A stretch of DNA of 64,000 nt. Origin: a virus. Within the stretch, counting starts at the first letter, position 1; each line of letters starts with the position of its first letter. A model generated the notes under the pieces. It worked only from the letters and a program-made list of their open reading frames with translations. It was not told where the DNA came from and ran no database searches. Shown piece after piece: positions 54,267-64,000 of this stretch. The translations under genes were made by a program, and so were the position numbers. The stretch spans positions 1 through 64,000 of the IMG/VR virus record IMGVR_UViG_3300008117_004020. One strand, 5' to 3'.

Positions 54267-56197
54267 TGAATCATTGGGTAATGGACTATGAGACAATGTC
54301 AAGTTGTTTCATAGCAGTATTTGAACATTATAAAGATAAGACTAGGAAGGTCTTTGCTGTAAATCATCTTACAGCACGCTCTCAATTTGATGACTATGTA
54401 GTATTTCTACAAAGTAACATTGAGAAAGACGAGTGGCACATCTCCTTTAATGGTCTTGCATTTGATGCTCAAATAACCCAGTATATCTTAAAGAATTATG
54501 AGTCTTGGAAATATTCCACTAATGATGAAATAGCCAGACTCATATATGCTTATGCTCAATACATCATCTCAGGTCAAGAAGAAAGAAGACTGGACTATAA
54601 TGAACGAGATCTTTACATTAGACAGATTGATTTATTCAAACTAAATCACTGGGACAATGCTGCTAAAAGATCTGGTTTGAAATGGATACAGTATTCCATG
54701 GACTGGGATAATGTTGAGGATATGCCTATACATCACTCATATGAGATTAAGACAGTGGCTGAGCTAGAAACTGTAATTAAATATTGTATTAATGATGTGC
54801 AGTCTACCAAAAAGATATATGAAGCTAGCACTGAACAAATAGCTCTTAGGAAATCTCTATCTGAAGAATATGACATCAACTTATATTCAGCATCAGAGAC
54901 TAAGATTGCTAGAGAACTATTTGCACATTTTCTAGCCAAGGATTTGAAAATACCTAAATATGAACTTAAAAAGCTTAGAACAGAACGTGCATACATCAAT
55001 CTTAAGGATTGTATCCTGGACTATATAAGTTTTGAAAGTAAGGAGTTTAAAGATTTGCTGGAGTTCTTTAAAGGCAAGGTGGTCAAAGAAACCAAGGGAG
55101 CGCTAAACCACAAAATCACATATAAAGGATTAGACCTTTATTATGGCTTGGGTGGTATACATGGTGCTGTAGATTCTGGTATCTATAAGGCAGAAGAAGG
55201 ATATACTATCATGACATCAGATGTCGCTAGCTACTATCCTAATTTAGCTATTAGAAACAAGTTTTCCCCAGGTCACTTAAACAAAGAAGCATTTTGCAAT
55301 TTGTATGAGTGGTTCTTCAATGAAAGAAAGAAGATTCCAAAGACTGATCCTAAAAACTATGTTTATAAGATCATTTTGAATTCCACTTATGGTCTTTCTA
55401 ATGATGAGAACAGCTTCCTTTATGATCCTCAGCTTACTATGAGCATCACCATCAATGGTCAGCTATTGTTATCAAAGCTGCTAGAAATGGTGACACTAGG
55501 TATACCTGGAGCTCTTCCCATCATGATCAATACAGATGGTTTAGAGGTGATGATTCCTAATTGTTACAAGAATGAATATCTTAAGATATGTGAACAATGG
55601 GAAAAGATGACCAAGCTGTCTCTAGAGCATGATGAATATAGCAACGTGATTGTTGGCGATGTAAACAATTATATTGCCATATATCAAAATCCAGCTAAAA
55701 CTCCTAAATGTAAAGGTAGATTTGAATGGGAAGACTTACAAAAGAAGAAGGTTAGTATTCTTCACAAGAATAAAAGCTTCCTCATCATCCCTAAAGCCAT
55801 CTATCATTATTTTATTAATGGGACAAAACCAGAAAACTTCCTCAAGACAAACAGAGACATCTTTGACTATTGTGGAGGCATTAAGGTGAAGTCTGATTGG
55901 CAACTGTTAAACATCTACATTAAAGAGGGTGAAATTATAGAAGAACCCATGCAAAAGATATGTAGATATTATATCAGCAAATCAGGCACAAAACTTGTCA
56001 AGCGTAATAAAAAGGATGGTAGGGAGATTCAAATAGAATCTGGCAAGTGGTTACAGAGCATATATAATAAAAATTCAAATATGTCCTTTGAAGATATGGA
56101 TATAGATGAAGAATATTATATTGAAAGAATTTATAAGGAGATTCATAACATTGATAAGATAATTAAACGTAAATTTGAGCAACTAACATTATTTTAA
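54266..56197 (+). CDS. polB: Family B DNA polymerase
   Basis: Exo motifs DYE, FN...FD, YC.NDV; polymerase motifs SDVASYYPN, KIILNSTYG, NTDG; no intein. Confidence 0.95.
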   Translation: MNHWVMDYETMSSCFIAVFEHYKDKTRKVFAVNHLTARSQFDDYVVFLQSNIEKDEWHISFNGLAFDAQITQYILKNYESWKYSTNDEIARLIYAYAQYIISGQEERRLDYNERDLYIRQIDLFKLNHWDNAAKRSGLKWIQYSMDWDNVEDMPIHHSYEIKTVAELETVIKYCINDVQSTKKIYEASTEQIALRKSLSEEYDINLYSASETKIARELFAHFLAKDLKIPKYELKKLRTERAYINLKDCILDYISFESKEFKDLLEFFKGKVVKETKGALNHKITYKGLDLYYGLGGIHGAVDSGIYKAEEGYTIMTSDVASYYPNLAIRNKFSPGHLNKEAFCNLYEWFFNERKKIPKTDPKNYVYKIILNSTYGLSNDENSFLYDPQLTMSITINGQLLLSKLLEMVTLGIPGALPIMINTDGLEVMIPNCYKNEYLKICEQWEKMTKLSLEHDEYSNVIVGDVNNYIAIYQNPAKTPKCKGRFEWEDLQKKKVSILHKNKSFLIIPKAIYHYFINGTKPENFLKTNRDIFDYCGGIKVKSDWQLLNIYIKEGEIIEEPMQKICRYYISKSGTKLVKRNKKDGREIQIESGKWLQSIYNKNSNMSFEDMDIDEEYYIERIYKEIHNIDKIIKRKFEQLTLF

Positions 56198-56198
56198 A

Positions 56199-57074
56199 AT
56201 GACAGGTTTAAACGCAATGGAGAGGATGTTTTCAGCACCTCTCCCAGAAAAAACAGACAGCTATACACCAATAGCTCATGAAACTATAGACAAGATAACA
56301 AGAACAGCCCTCCAAGAGCAGGGCTTTGTGTTATCTAAAACATTTTATAGAAGTTCTACAGATGGTAGATTAGGACAAGCTGAGTATCACATTAACTATG
56401 GAGATGATCCAGAAATGGGACTGATGATTGCTTGGCAGAATAGTTACAACAAGCTTATATCATTTAAATACGCTATTGGAGCACACGTAATGGTGTGTTC
56501 TAATGGTGCTGTTTCAGGTGATATTGGAGCATATAAAAGAAAGCATACAGGTACAGCTGATGAAGAGGCTGCATCACAAATCAAGTATTATTTACAGAAT
56601 GCTAAGCAAATCTTTTTGAATTTAGTTAGAGACAGGGAGCATCTAAAGAAGATTGACTTATCTCCTGAAAGAATGGCTGAGATTATAGGTAGAATGTTTA
56701 TTCATAAAGAGATTATTACATCTACGCAAATCAATATCATGAAGCGTGAAATGGAAACTCCATCATTTGATTATGGTGTACCAGTACATAACGCATGGTC
56801 ATTGTATAATTTTGCAACACATGCTTTTAAAGAAGATAGTCCTAGAAACTGGATTTCTAGACATATAGATTTACATAGCTTCTTTGGAGAAGAGTTTGGA
56901 TTGGAAAGGTCTGAGGAATCACCTGAGCCTGTACAACCCACTTTGTTTCCTGAAGAAGCAACCCCTGAAGAAACCTCTCAACCACTTGAAGAAGTAATGG
57001 AAGAAGTCCCAGCTTTTTCATCCAATGAGGAGAGAGACTCTGACGAATTAATTGATTTGTTAGAAGATTTTTAA
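56199..57074 (+). CDS. DUF932-like protein
   Basis: NSY.K, VCSNG, RKHTG, AWSLYN..TH..K; acidic tail. Confidence 0.75.
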   Translation: MTGLNAMERMFSAPLPEKTDSYTPIAHETIDKITRTALQEQGFVLSKTFYRSSTDGRLGQAEYHINYGDDPEMGLMIAWQNSYNKLISFKYAIGAHVMVCSNGAVSGDIGAYKRKHTGTADEEAASQIKYYLQNAKQIFLNLVRDREHLKKIDLSPERMAEIIGRMFIHKEIITSTQINIMKREMETPSFDYGVPVHNAWSLYNFATHAFKEDSPRNWISRHIDLHSFFGEEFGLERSEESPEPVQPTLFPEEATPEETSQPLEEVMEEVPAFSSNEERDSDELIDLLEDF

Positions 57075-57146
57075 AACCAACAGAAGAGGGGGGGAGACTA
57101 CTAACCCCTCCCCCCTTCCTTCTCTATTAAAACCCCACACCACAAT

Positions 57147-57770
57147 ATGATATTAGGAATTAATGGTTACTCTGGATCAGGAAAAGACACTATAGGAAAA
57201 CTATTGCAGGATTTATATCCTGAAGAGAATTGGAAGATTAAAAAGTTTGCTGGTAAACTTAAAACTGTAGCAAGTTTGCTATCAGGAATACCACAGTCTA
57301 ATTTTGAAGATCAAGACTTTAAAAAAACACTACTAGGAACAGAATGGTGGACTGCTTGTGATGAGGGATTACAACCTATGACTGTAAGAGATTTCTTGCA
57401 GAAACTAGGTACTGAAGGACTGAGAGTGGGACTGCATGAAAACACCTGGGTGAATGCTCTAATGGCTGATTATAAGCCAGAAACAATGTATGTAGTCAAT
57501 CCTATAACAGGATCACTGGATGCAAAAGTGGACACTAAAATGCCTAATTGGGTGATTACAGATGTAAGATTCCCTAATGAAGCACAGGCTATCAAAGAGA
57601 AAGGTGGATATGTGATTAGAATAGACAGACCAGGCGTCAAGCCCATCAATGATCATCCATCTGAAACCAGTCTTGACACATGGAAATTTGACTATAAAAT
57701 TGCTAATGTATCAGATATAGTTTCATTAGCATTCACTTTAACGAATATTATATCTAAAATTAAAGAATAA
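57147..57770 (+). CDS. Deoxynucleoside monophosphate kinase
   Basis: G.SGSGKDT, FA..LK, R..LQ.LGTE, ITDVRFPNE, H.SE. Confidence 0.9.
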   Translation: MILGINGYSGSGKDTIGKLLQDLYPEENWKIKKFAGKLKTVASLLSGIPQSNFEDQDFKKTLLGTEWWTACDEGLQPMTVRDFLQKLGTEGLRVGLHENTWVNALMADYKPETMYVVNPITGSLDAKVDTKMPNWVITDVRFPNEAQAIKEKGGYVIRIDRPGVKPINDHPSETSLDTWKFDYKIANVSDIVSLAFTLTNIISKIKE

Positions 57771-58039
57771 TGGAAGGACAATTAGTAAGAGTAACAGAGT
57801 TGTCACCTATTATTGTAAAAGTGTATAATCCTTTAAAACAAGAGCTGATAGGTGTTTTTGAGAACTATTCTAAGGCTGCTAGAGCACTAGGGCTTACGCC
57901 TAAGATTGTATATAACAAAGCCACCTCAAAGAAAAGAGTGATGTCACCCTATCTAGAAATTGAAGTGGCTATACGTATTACTAGAAAAAAACCAGAAGAT
58001 AAGTTCTTTATGAGCGAGATCTTCAAAAGAATATTATAA
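57770..58039 (+). CDS. NUMOD1-like small DNA-binding protein
   Basis: KVY....LIGVF....AAR.LG. Confidence 0.55.
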   Translation: MEGQLVRVTELSPIIVKVYNPLKQELIGVFENYSKAARALGLTPKIVYNKATSKKRVMSPYLEIEVAIRITRKKPEDKFFMSEIFKRIL

Positions 58040-58067
58040 TTACGCTGTGTTTTGTTAGTTAAGGTCA

Positions 58068-58103
58068 AAGGGGAGGATGTTTCTACATCTTCCCCTTATT
58101 TTT
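58068..58103. terminator. Terminator between convergent blocks
   Basis: AAGGGGAGGATGT-TTCT-ACATCTTCCCCTT followed by a T-run. Confidence 0.75.
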
Positions 58104-61100
58104 TTACTTAGCACGCTGCTGGTATTCAAATGACTGTATAGCATCAACAGGATGGAATGTCTTTCCTGTATATCCTATAAATGTCTGAACAAGCATAGCT
58201 AATAGTTTTGAATCACCTCTTTCTTTAAACTCTGACTCACCTGAATCGCGTTTGTAATATAAGCTTTCAGTGTCTCCTCCAAATAGCCCTAATAGATGAT
58301 CTATCATCAGTCCAGCCATTGACAAGAAGTTTGTATTGATGTTCAAAAGAATAGATGGGTTGGAGTAAATACGCTGAATCTCACCAAGACCTGCTTGTGG
58401 TAAAGGTATAAACTGTTCAGTCTCAGACCTCACCTTAAGCATAGTGTACACCATATATTGAGTGAACCAGCTCTTGCGTCTCAATTCTTTAAGTCTACCC
58501 TTCTCATCATCATCATATCCAAACATAACACCATAAATAATATAAGTTAGCAACATAGCACCAAGGTCAGCAAATGTGCGCTTTATAGCTGCTCTCTCCA
58601 TATCTGAATAATTCTCCCAATTCTTAACTACATTCAGACGCATCTTTATAAGATCTTTTCCTGCTGTTTGTAAGAATGTAAGATAGAACCCTTGTTCTAC
58701 ACTCATGCCTTCATAATCAGCTCTTCTTATACCCCATCTGTTCATACCAAGCTGCATAAAGTATTTTCTAAAGAAGAACATAGCTCTTCCAATAGATGAC
58801 TTAGCCTGATATGCAGCATCAAACTTAGCATAAGAACCATTTATACGCTTTTGCATAGCATGCAGCTTGCTGACAACATCAGAAAACTGTTTACTATTTA
58901 AGTCAAAAGCATTCTTATATTGGTCTTTAACTTGTACCTTCTTGTCTTTCATCTCAAATATATCAATGAGATTGACATCCAACTTATCAAATTCTCTCAA
59001 AGCCTCTAGCTTCTTTTCTCTGATTTGTTTAAGAGTCATACCACTAAAATCAGTACCCACTTTCATAGTGACAAATGTCTCTCTATCATACATCTTGCCA
59101 TTATAGAGTCTCACTGATTTCAAATATGCCAAGAAACTACTCATTTGAATCTCCCACTCACCCCACACTTTACCAGAATAAATACCCAGCTTTAAGATGT
59201 TCTTATAAGAGTTCCATGCTGTTTTATTACCAAACTCATTTTCAAATTCACCCTGTATAGGATCAAATATTTCCATCATTTGTCCCCAGAAAGACAGCTC
59301 ACCCACTTTATTAAAGTCAGCCATCATATCTTTCATAATGTGACCATTCTTTGAGTCTAGATATAAGTCTTTCTTTGCTTGCATGAAATCCTTATAATTG
59401 ATCACTCTACCTCCTGCAGCCTCCACCATATTCTGTACATTACCAGATATCCAGTTCACTGACCAGTTTAAAGGTGACAAACCTAACAAAGTAAAACTTG
59501 TCAATCCCATCATCTGATTAAGCATTTTTTGAGTGTTAAATCCTAATACATCATATCCCTCAAAGTGCTCTTCATTATATAATACAGAGTTGATAAAACT
59601 CTTAAACACCTCTAAACGAATATTACTACCAAGATTTATCCTTTGCTCTACCTCTGGAAGATATTTCTTCATGACATTATTGAGCATCAGGTTTTTACTC
59701 TCACTCTTAGGTTGATTCTCTTGGTCTGACAAAATTTGTTCTAACCCATTAATCAATGAAAGTTCTTTATCAAGTTCCTTCTTTCTAATAGTAGACCCTA
59801 CATAGTTAAGAACAGATCCCCATACATCATATGATGCATCTGAAGCTTGTCCTTTTGAGGTGTATTTCACAGGAACATATTTCACCTCATCATTATCAAT
59901 AGTGGCTAATTTAGCCATATCTCTAGAAACACCAGGATCACTTGCAAACCCTGTATCAACATCAGACTCAGTTCTACTAAGACTTCTCTTAATACCCTGC
60001 CAAACACTCTTAACACTTTCTTTAGTTTCAGATACCTTAACACCTAAAGCTCTTTCTGTCTTGCTCTTCTCCATAAATGGAACAGCTAAACCAAGTCTAT
60101 ATCTAGGTTCAATATCTTGCTGAGCATCTAACATTTCTTTATGTATGAATAGCAGATTCTCATAATCCACCTTCTCATACTCATTAGCTGTATTATTGTT
60201 ATACTTGTCCCTAAGTGATACAAAGTCTTTATTTAAATAAGGATGGTCAGTGCCATATTCTTTCCTATATTCTTCATTACTCTTAGGTTTATACCTATTT
60301 TGAATATCTCTATTATCTTTGTTAATAAGTTTAACCTCCTCACCCTTCTCATTAATATATGACTCTTTGAGTTTGCGAGAATAAAAATGCCTAGCTGGTT
60401 TCTCCTCAATATACTCCTCTAATGGGGCATTCCTAGTCCATATTGCTATAGGTGTAAAAGAAGCAGATGTAAGAGACTCTCCGTGTTCAGTGTCAAACAA
60501 AGACCTCACCTCTTTATTATGATTCTCTAAAAACCATGCTGATTCTCTAAATTGATCATATAAAGTGTCATCACGCCTTAGTTCTTCATGTGATACATCT
60601 AGCTCTTTAGCAAATGCTATTTCCTGCCTATCAAGCTCTTCATAGTAATACTTAGTGTATTCCATGTTACCCATAGCTTTAAGCTGTGCTTTGATTTCAC
60701 CCGCTCTTTCCACTTTAGCTCTTAAATCTGGGTCACTGCTCAATCTTTCATCTCTAGCTGCATAAATACTATTCACTGTATATTTATCATAGTTCTCAGG
60801 CTCATTAGTCCTAAAGTAAAACTGTTGCTTGAGAGTTTGTTTTTCAGCATAAGTAAATCCATCAGGTGTATATTCTTCCACTTCATCCCTTAAAGATTCA
60901 ATCTCTTGTTGTAAGTCTTTGATTCTCTGGATCTTATCTGAAGGCACCTTACTACCAACTACAGCACCATCATTATCTCTGTATGGTTTAGTCAATGCAT
61001 TTAGCTCCTTATAAAGTTCTGTTATCCTATCAGCATTAGGATTTTTTGATATCTCAGATAGTTCAGTGAACAAAGCAGCTCTTTCATCATAGTACCTTTG

Positions 61101-63998
61101 AGAAATCACCTGGCGGGTATTATTAGCCAGCCATCTTTTGTACATCTCACTGTCCTCACCATATGTTAGTTTCATCTTTGTCTTAGCTCTCTCAAACGCT
61201 GCTCTAAGTTCTACATCTTCATAGATGAGATTCTTGTTTTTCTGATACTCTCTCAAAGCCTGAGCTATCTTTAAGTCATCTCCTGTCTTATCTGTACCAT
61301 CTAGATTTTTTATTTCCATAAGAGAATAGTATTTCTCCCATAGCTCTTGTCTGGTTTTAAGATGATCTTCGCTAAGTTTACCCTCAGCAATAGCCTCATT
61401 ATCATACATCATCTCTATACCTCTGATTTCCTCAAATATCTTGCTGGTAATTTCTCTTATACTAGTCTTTTTATTACCATACATCACTTCTGTATCCAAC
61501 ATTTTAGTAAGATCAAAGTAAGCTTTTGTATAGTCTGACTCAAAATATTTACGCTCAAAGTCTTTAATTTCTTTTTTTACTCTTTTAACTTCATCTTCAG
61601 ACACCTCATCAGCCTCAAATTTCTTGTTTGTTAAATATAATTTACGCTTGAGTTTATCATACTCATAGTATAAACTTTCATCAAACTCAGATTTAAACAC
61701 CAGACCAAAACTCTCATCACCTGATGCTATATCCAGTCTTTTAGCCTCATAGACCAATGACTGATTGATTTCCTTAATATTAAGACCTCTACCATAAACT
61801 TTAGCACGTTTATTAAATTCAGGTGACAGTTTATCTCTAAAGTCTTTCATCTTTAATCTCACACCATCTAATACACGTTTTAATCTCTTAGCAACAGATG
61901 CTATAACAACATCTGGATTAGATATTGTAGGCAACCATTTGCTCAGAAACGCACCTGCATCACCCATGCCACCTGTCATAGTAGCTTTAATAACATCATA
62001 ACTTGCTAGCTGATCTCTCTCCTTTGTAAGTTCTGCCACTCTTTTTTTATCTTTTCTTTGCTCAGCAGCCTTAATAAGCTCATTGTATTCTCTCTTCATA
62101 TTATCTAATAAGTCTTTTGTAAACTCTTCAGATAATGTAGAAGCAACGTGTGGGGTGATAGCTTTAATATAACTAGTTCTTATGTTCTCAATAGCACCCA
62201 TCATTTGTGTAAGCCTGTCAACAAGAATATTATCTTCAGCTACAGTGGTACCTAAAGCATCCAACATTTCTTTAAATACATTCTCATAGCCTATTACAAA
62301 GTCCTTGATCTTTTCTAGCTCCTTAATCTTTTGAATAGCAGCCTGTTGTGTTGCAGGGGTTAACGCTTTGAGTCTATCAAACTCTTTAGATATAATATTA
62401 ATAATAGGCCCAGCAGAATCAACCAGCTCAATAAAAGCTTTTTGTATAGCCACCATATTACGCAAATCCCCATCTTCACCATAGTTTTCTAAGAATGTCT
62501 TAACAAGGCGTTCCATTTGTTCCACCTTGTTGACTTTATCCTCATCAGTTAATAAATCATATACATTCCTAACATCCTTGTTTTTCTTAAAATAAGCATA
62601 GATTTGATCCAACCTACCCTTCATTTTAGCAAACGCCTCTTTCATCCTAGGTTTACTAATATTCTCTAAAAGTTTAACCCTAGCATCTTCTTCTTTGGAT
62701 GTCTCCTCTTTTCTGTTAGCATCCATACTCATATCAAGATCTGGGAAATATCCATTTGCCAGCCTATCATTAAATGGTGTTGGAGCTGTCTGAAAAACAC
62801 CAATCTTATTAATCTTATTGGTTGCAGGGTCAATCTTATATCCTACACCAATAATAGTAGTGTCGCCCACCTTTACACCTTGAGACATCAATATCTTCTT
62901 ATAAATTGACATCTGCTGACTATATTTTTCCCTAAGTCTTCTTCTATTACCCACTAACTCAGGAAGAACACCTTCAGATTTTCTTACACCACCTGTTGAT
63001 AACAAATCAATTACATAGTTAAATTCATCCTCTAGATTAGTAAACTTTTTAAACTCAGGTCTATCTTTTAAAAATTTAGTTTTAAAGTCTAATATGTGTG
63101 CTACACCATTCTTGTCAATAGCAATAACGTCAGCCACACCACCCACTTCTAAATTACCTATCTCAGTCTCAGTCATTAAAATATGACCCTCATCAATAAG
63201 TTTCCTAATAATCCCTCTAATTCCAGGTTCTCTTAATGTACCATTGATAACTTTGTCTAGCGTAGACTTATCCATGAAAGTATAAATAATAGGGTCAAGA
63301 TTGTCTAAATCAATCTCTCTATCCATTATAATATTCTCCACTATACTATGTATAGCTGTACCAAAAAGAGTCTTCTTTTGATTTTCAGATGCAGAATATA
63401 ACAACTCTGTTATCCTATCTCCTAATACTGTCTGAATATCTTCTTTCTCATATTCACCCTTAATGATTTTATCAATCAAATGCGCTGCAATCTTTTTAGC
63501 AATCACTTCATCTGAGTCTCCAATATCATACACATCAGAAAACTCAATATCATAATTGCTCACCAATTGCAGTACAACATCTGGACTTTCAAGTTCACTA
63601 TAAAAGTCAGAGCCAAGCAGTCTACTAGGAGATTTAAGTCTTATTGGTTCACCTGTGATAGGATCTAATACAGTGAGACTATTGTTATCTTCACGCTTGA
63701 TTAAAGCTGATATAGCAATAATCTTATTTAACGTATCTTTTTGTGAATCATTCATAGACTGAGCCTCATAGAATGACTTAGCCTCATCTGTAAGTTGGTT
63801 ATAAACCTCACTAGATGTAAGGTTCATGTTAAGATTACTGATGTCCTCTGCCATAAACATCTCTTCTAAAATATCAATAGGGTCTCTTTTTAACTTAAGA
63901 GCTTTCACCCATGTCATGATTCTTTGTAAAAGAGCTCCCAGCCAAGATTCTTTTGCTTTGATGTTACTAGCCAGCTTTTTAGCCAATGCTTCACGCTG
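58104..63998 (-). CDS. Giant virion (ejected cargo-type) protein, 5'-truncated by the window edge, with a PD-(D/E)XK domain
   Basis: Frame open to the window end (>1960 aa); GTAIH...TETEI....GGVADVI.....ILDFKT...Y.QQM.IY; helical C-terminus with hydrophobic segments. Confidence 0.75.
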   Translation of the reverse strand, partial: QREALAKKLASNIKAKESWLGALLQRIMTWVKALKLKRDPIDILEEMFMAEDISNLNMNLTSSEVYNQLTDEAKSFYEAQSMNDSQKDTLNKIIAISALIKREDNNSLTVLDPITGEPIRLKSPSRLLGSDFYSELESPDVVLQLVSNYDIEFSDVYDIGDSDEVIAKKIAAHLIDKIIKGEYEKEDIQTVLGDRITELLYSASENQKKTLFGTAIHSIVENIIMDREIDLDNLDPIIYTFMDKSTLDKVINGTLREPGIRGIIRKLIDEGHILMTETEIGNLEVGGVADVIAIDKNGVAHILDFKTKFLKDRPEFKKFTNLEDEFNYVIDLLSTGGVRKSEGVLPELVGNRRRLREKYSQQMSIYKKILMSQGVKVGDTTIIGVGYKIDPATNKINKIGVFQTAPTPFNDRLANGYFPDLDMSMDANRKEETSKEEDARVKLLENISKPRMKEAFAKMKGRLDQIYAYFKKNKDVRNVYDLLTDEDKVNKVEQMERLVKTFLENYGEDGDLRNMVAIQKAFIELVDSAGPIINIISKEFDRLKALTPATQQAAIQKIKELEKIKDFVIGYENVFKEMLDALGTTVAEDNILVDRLTQMMGAIENIRTSYIKAITPHVASTLSEEFTKDLLDNMKREYNELIKAAEQRKDKKRVAELTKERDQLASYDVIKATMTGGMGDAGAFLSKWLPTISNPDVVIASVAKRLKRVLDGVRLKMKDFRDKLSPEFNKRAKVYGRGLNIKEINQSLVYEAKRLDIASGDESFGLVFKSEFDESLYYEYDKLKRKLYLTNKKFEADEVSEDEVKRVKKEIKDFERKYFESDYTKAYFDLTKMLDTEVMYGNKKTSIREITSKIFEEIRGIEMMYDNEAIAEGKLSEDHLKTRQELWEKYYSLMEIKNLDGTDKTGDDLKIAQALREYQKNKNLIYEDVELRAAFERAKTKMKLTYGEDSEMYKRWLANNTRQVISQRYYDERAALFTELSEISKNPNADRITELYKELNALTKPYRDNDGAVVGSKVPSDKIQRIKDLQQEIESLRDEVEEYTPDGFTYAEKQTLKQQFYFRTNEPENYDKYTVNSIYAARDERLSSDPDLRAKVERAGEIKAQLKAMGNMEYTKYYYEELDRQEIAFAKELDVSHEELRRDDTLYDQFRESAWFLENHNKEVRSLFDTEHGESLTSASFTPIAIWTRNAPLEEYIEEKPARHFYSRKLKESYINEKGEEVKLINKDNRDIQNRYKPKSNEEYRKEYGTDHPYLNKDFVSLRDKYNNNTANEYEKVDYENLLFIHKEMLDAQQDIEPRYRLGLAVPFMEKSKTERALGVKVSETKESVKSVWQGIKRSLSRTESDVDTGFASDPGVSRDMAKLATIDNDEVKYVPVKYTSKGQASDASYDVWGSVLNYVGSTIRKKELDKELSLINGLEQILSDQENQPKSESKNLMLNNVMKKYLPEVEQRINLGSNIRLEVFKSFINSVLYNEEHFEGYDVLGFNTQKMLNQMMGLTSFTLLGLSPLNWSVNWISGNVQNMVEAAGGRVINYKDFMQAKKDLYLDSKNGHIMKDMMADFNKVGELSFWGQMMEIFDPIQGEFENEFGNKTAWNSYKNILKLGIYSGKVWGEWEIQMSSFLAYLKSVRLYNGKMYDRETFVTMKVGTDFSGMTLKQIREKKLEALREFDKLDVNLIDIFEMKDKKVQVKDQYKNAFDLNSKQFSDVVSKLHAMQKRINGSYAKFDAAYQAKSSIGRAMFFFRKYFMQLGMNRWGIRRADYEGMSVEQGFYLTFLQTAGKDLIKMRLNVVKNWENYSDMERAAIKRTFADLGAMLLTYIIYGVMFGYDDDEKGRLKELRRKSWFTQYMVYTMLKVRSETEQFIPLPQAGLGEIQRIYSNPSILLNINTNFLSMAGLMIDHLLGLFGGDTESLYYKRDSGESEFKERGDSKLLAMLVQTFIGYTGKTFHPVDAIQSFEYQQRAK

Positions 63999-64000
63999 TA

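Noticed and set aside
1-64000. Stop-codon reassignment, as in some crAss-like phages
   Set aside because: Terminase, portal, MCP, PolB and the giant protein are intact in code 11; TAG and TGA act as stops; no suppressor tRNA was seen.
1-64000. CRISPR array, DGR/retron, integrase, introns or inteins
   Set aside because: No repeat-spacer array, reverse transcriptase motif or recombinase was seen; core genes are uninterrupted. The 15021 nuclease is a solo Cas4-like protein.

Overview
This window is part of a crAss-like (Crassvirales-type) phage genome. The host is probably in Bacteroidota, given TAnnTTTG -7 promoter boxes, D-S/T-x glycosylation sequons and AT-rich ribosome sites without Shine-Dalgarno motifs. 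It uses the standard genetic code. Layout: (i) minus-strand capsid block at 1-18.2 kb, with phoH, IHF-like gene, terminase, portal, scaffold-like gene, MCP, conserved post-MCP genes, ferritin, EndoVII and a run of tiny Lys-rich proteins; (ii) a GC-richer, non-coding strand-switch region at about 18.2-19.1 kb, with a consensus parS 16-mer, G/C tracts and the first of three motif-hairpin-motif repeats; (iii) a plus-strand early/accessory block at 19-39 kb, with an AAA+/vWA pair, a tmRNA, two aberrant tRNA-like genes, structured non-coding DNA, an OMP, an SF2 helicase and UDG; (iv) a symmetric 9-bp-period TTAACT array at 39.0-39.13 kb; (v) a minus-strand lysis/decoration island at 39.1-43.9 kb; (vi) a plus-strand replication block at 44-58 kb, with a DnaA domain IV protein, DnaB, primase, ECF sigma, SPL-like radical SAM enzyme, PolB and dNMP kinase; (vii) the 3' part of a giant virion protein gene. 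The most unusual signals are non-coding. Family names come from motif recognition by eye; no searches were run.
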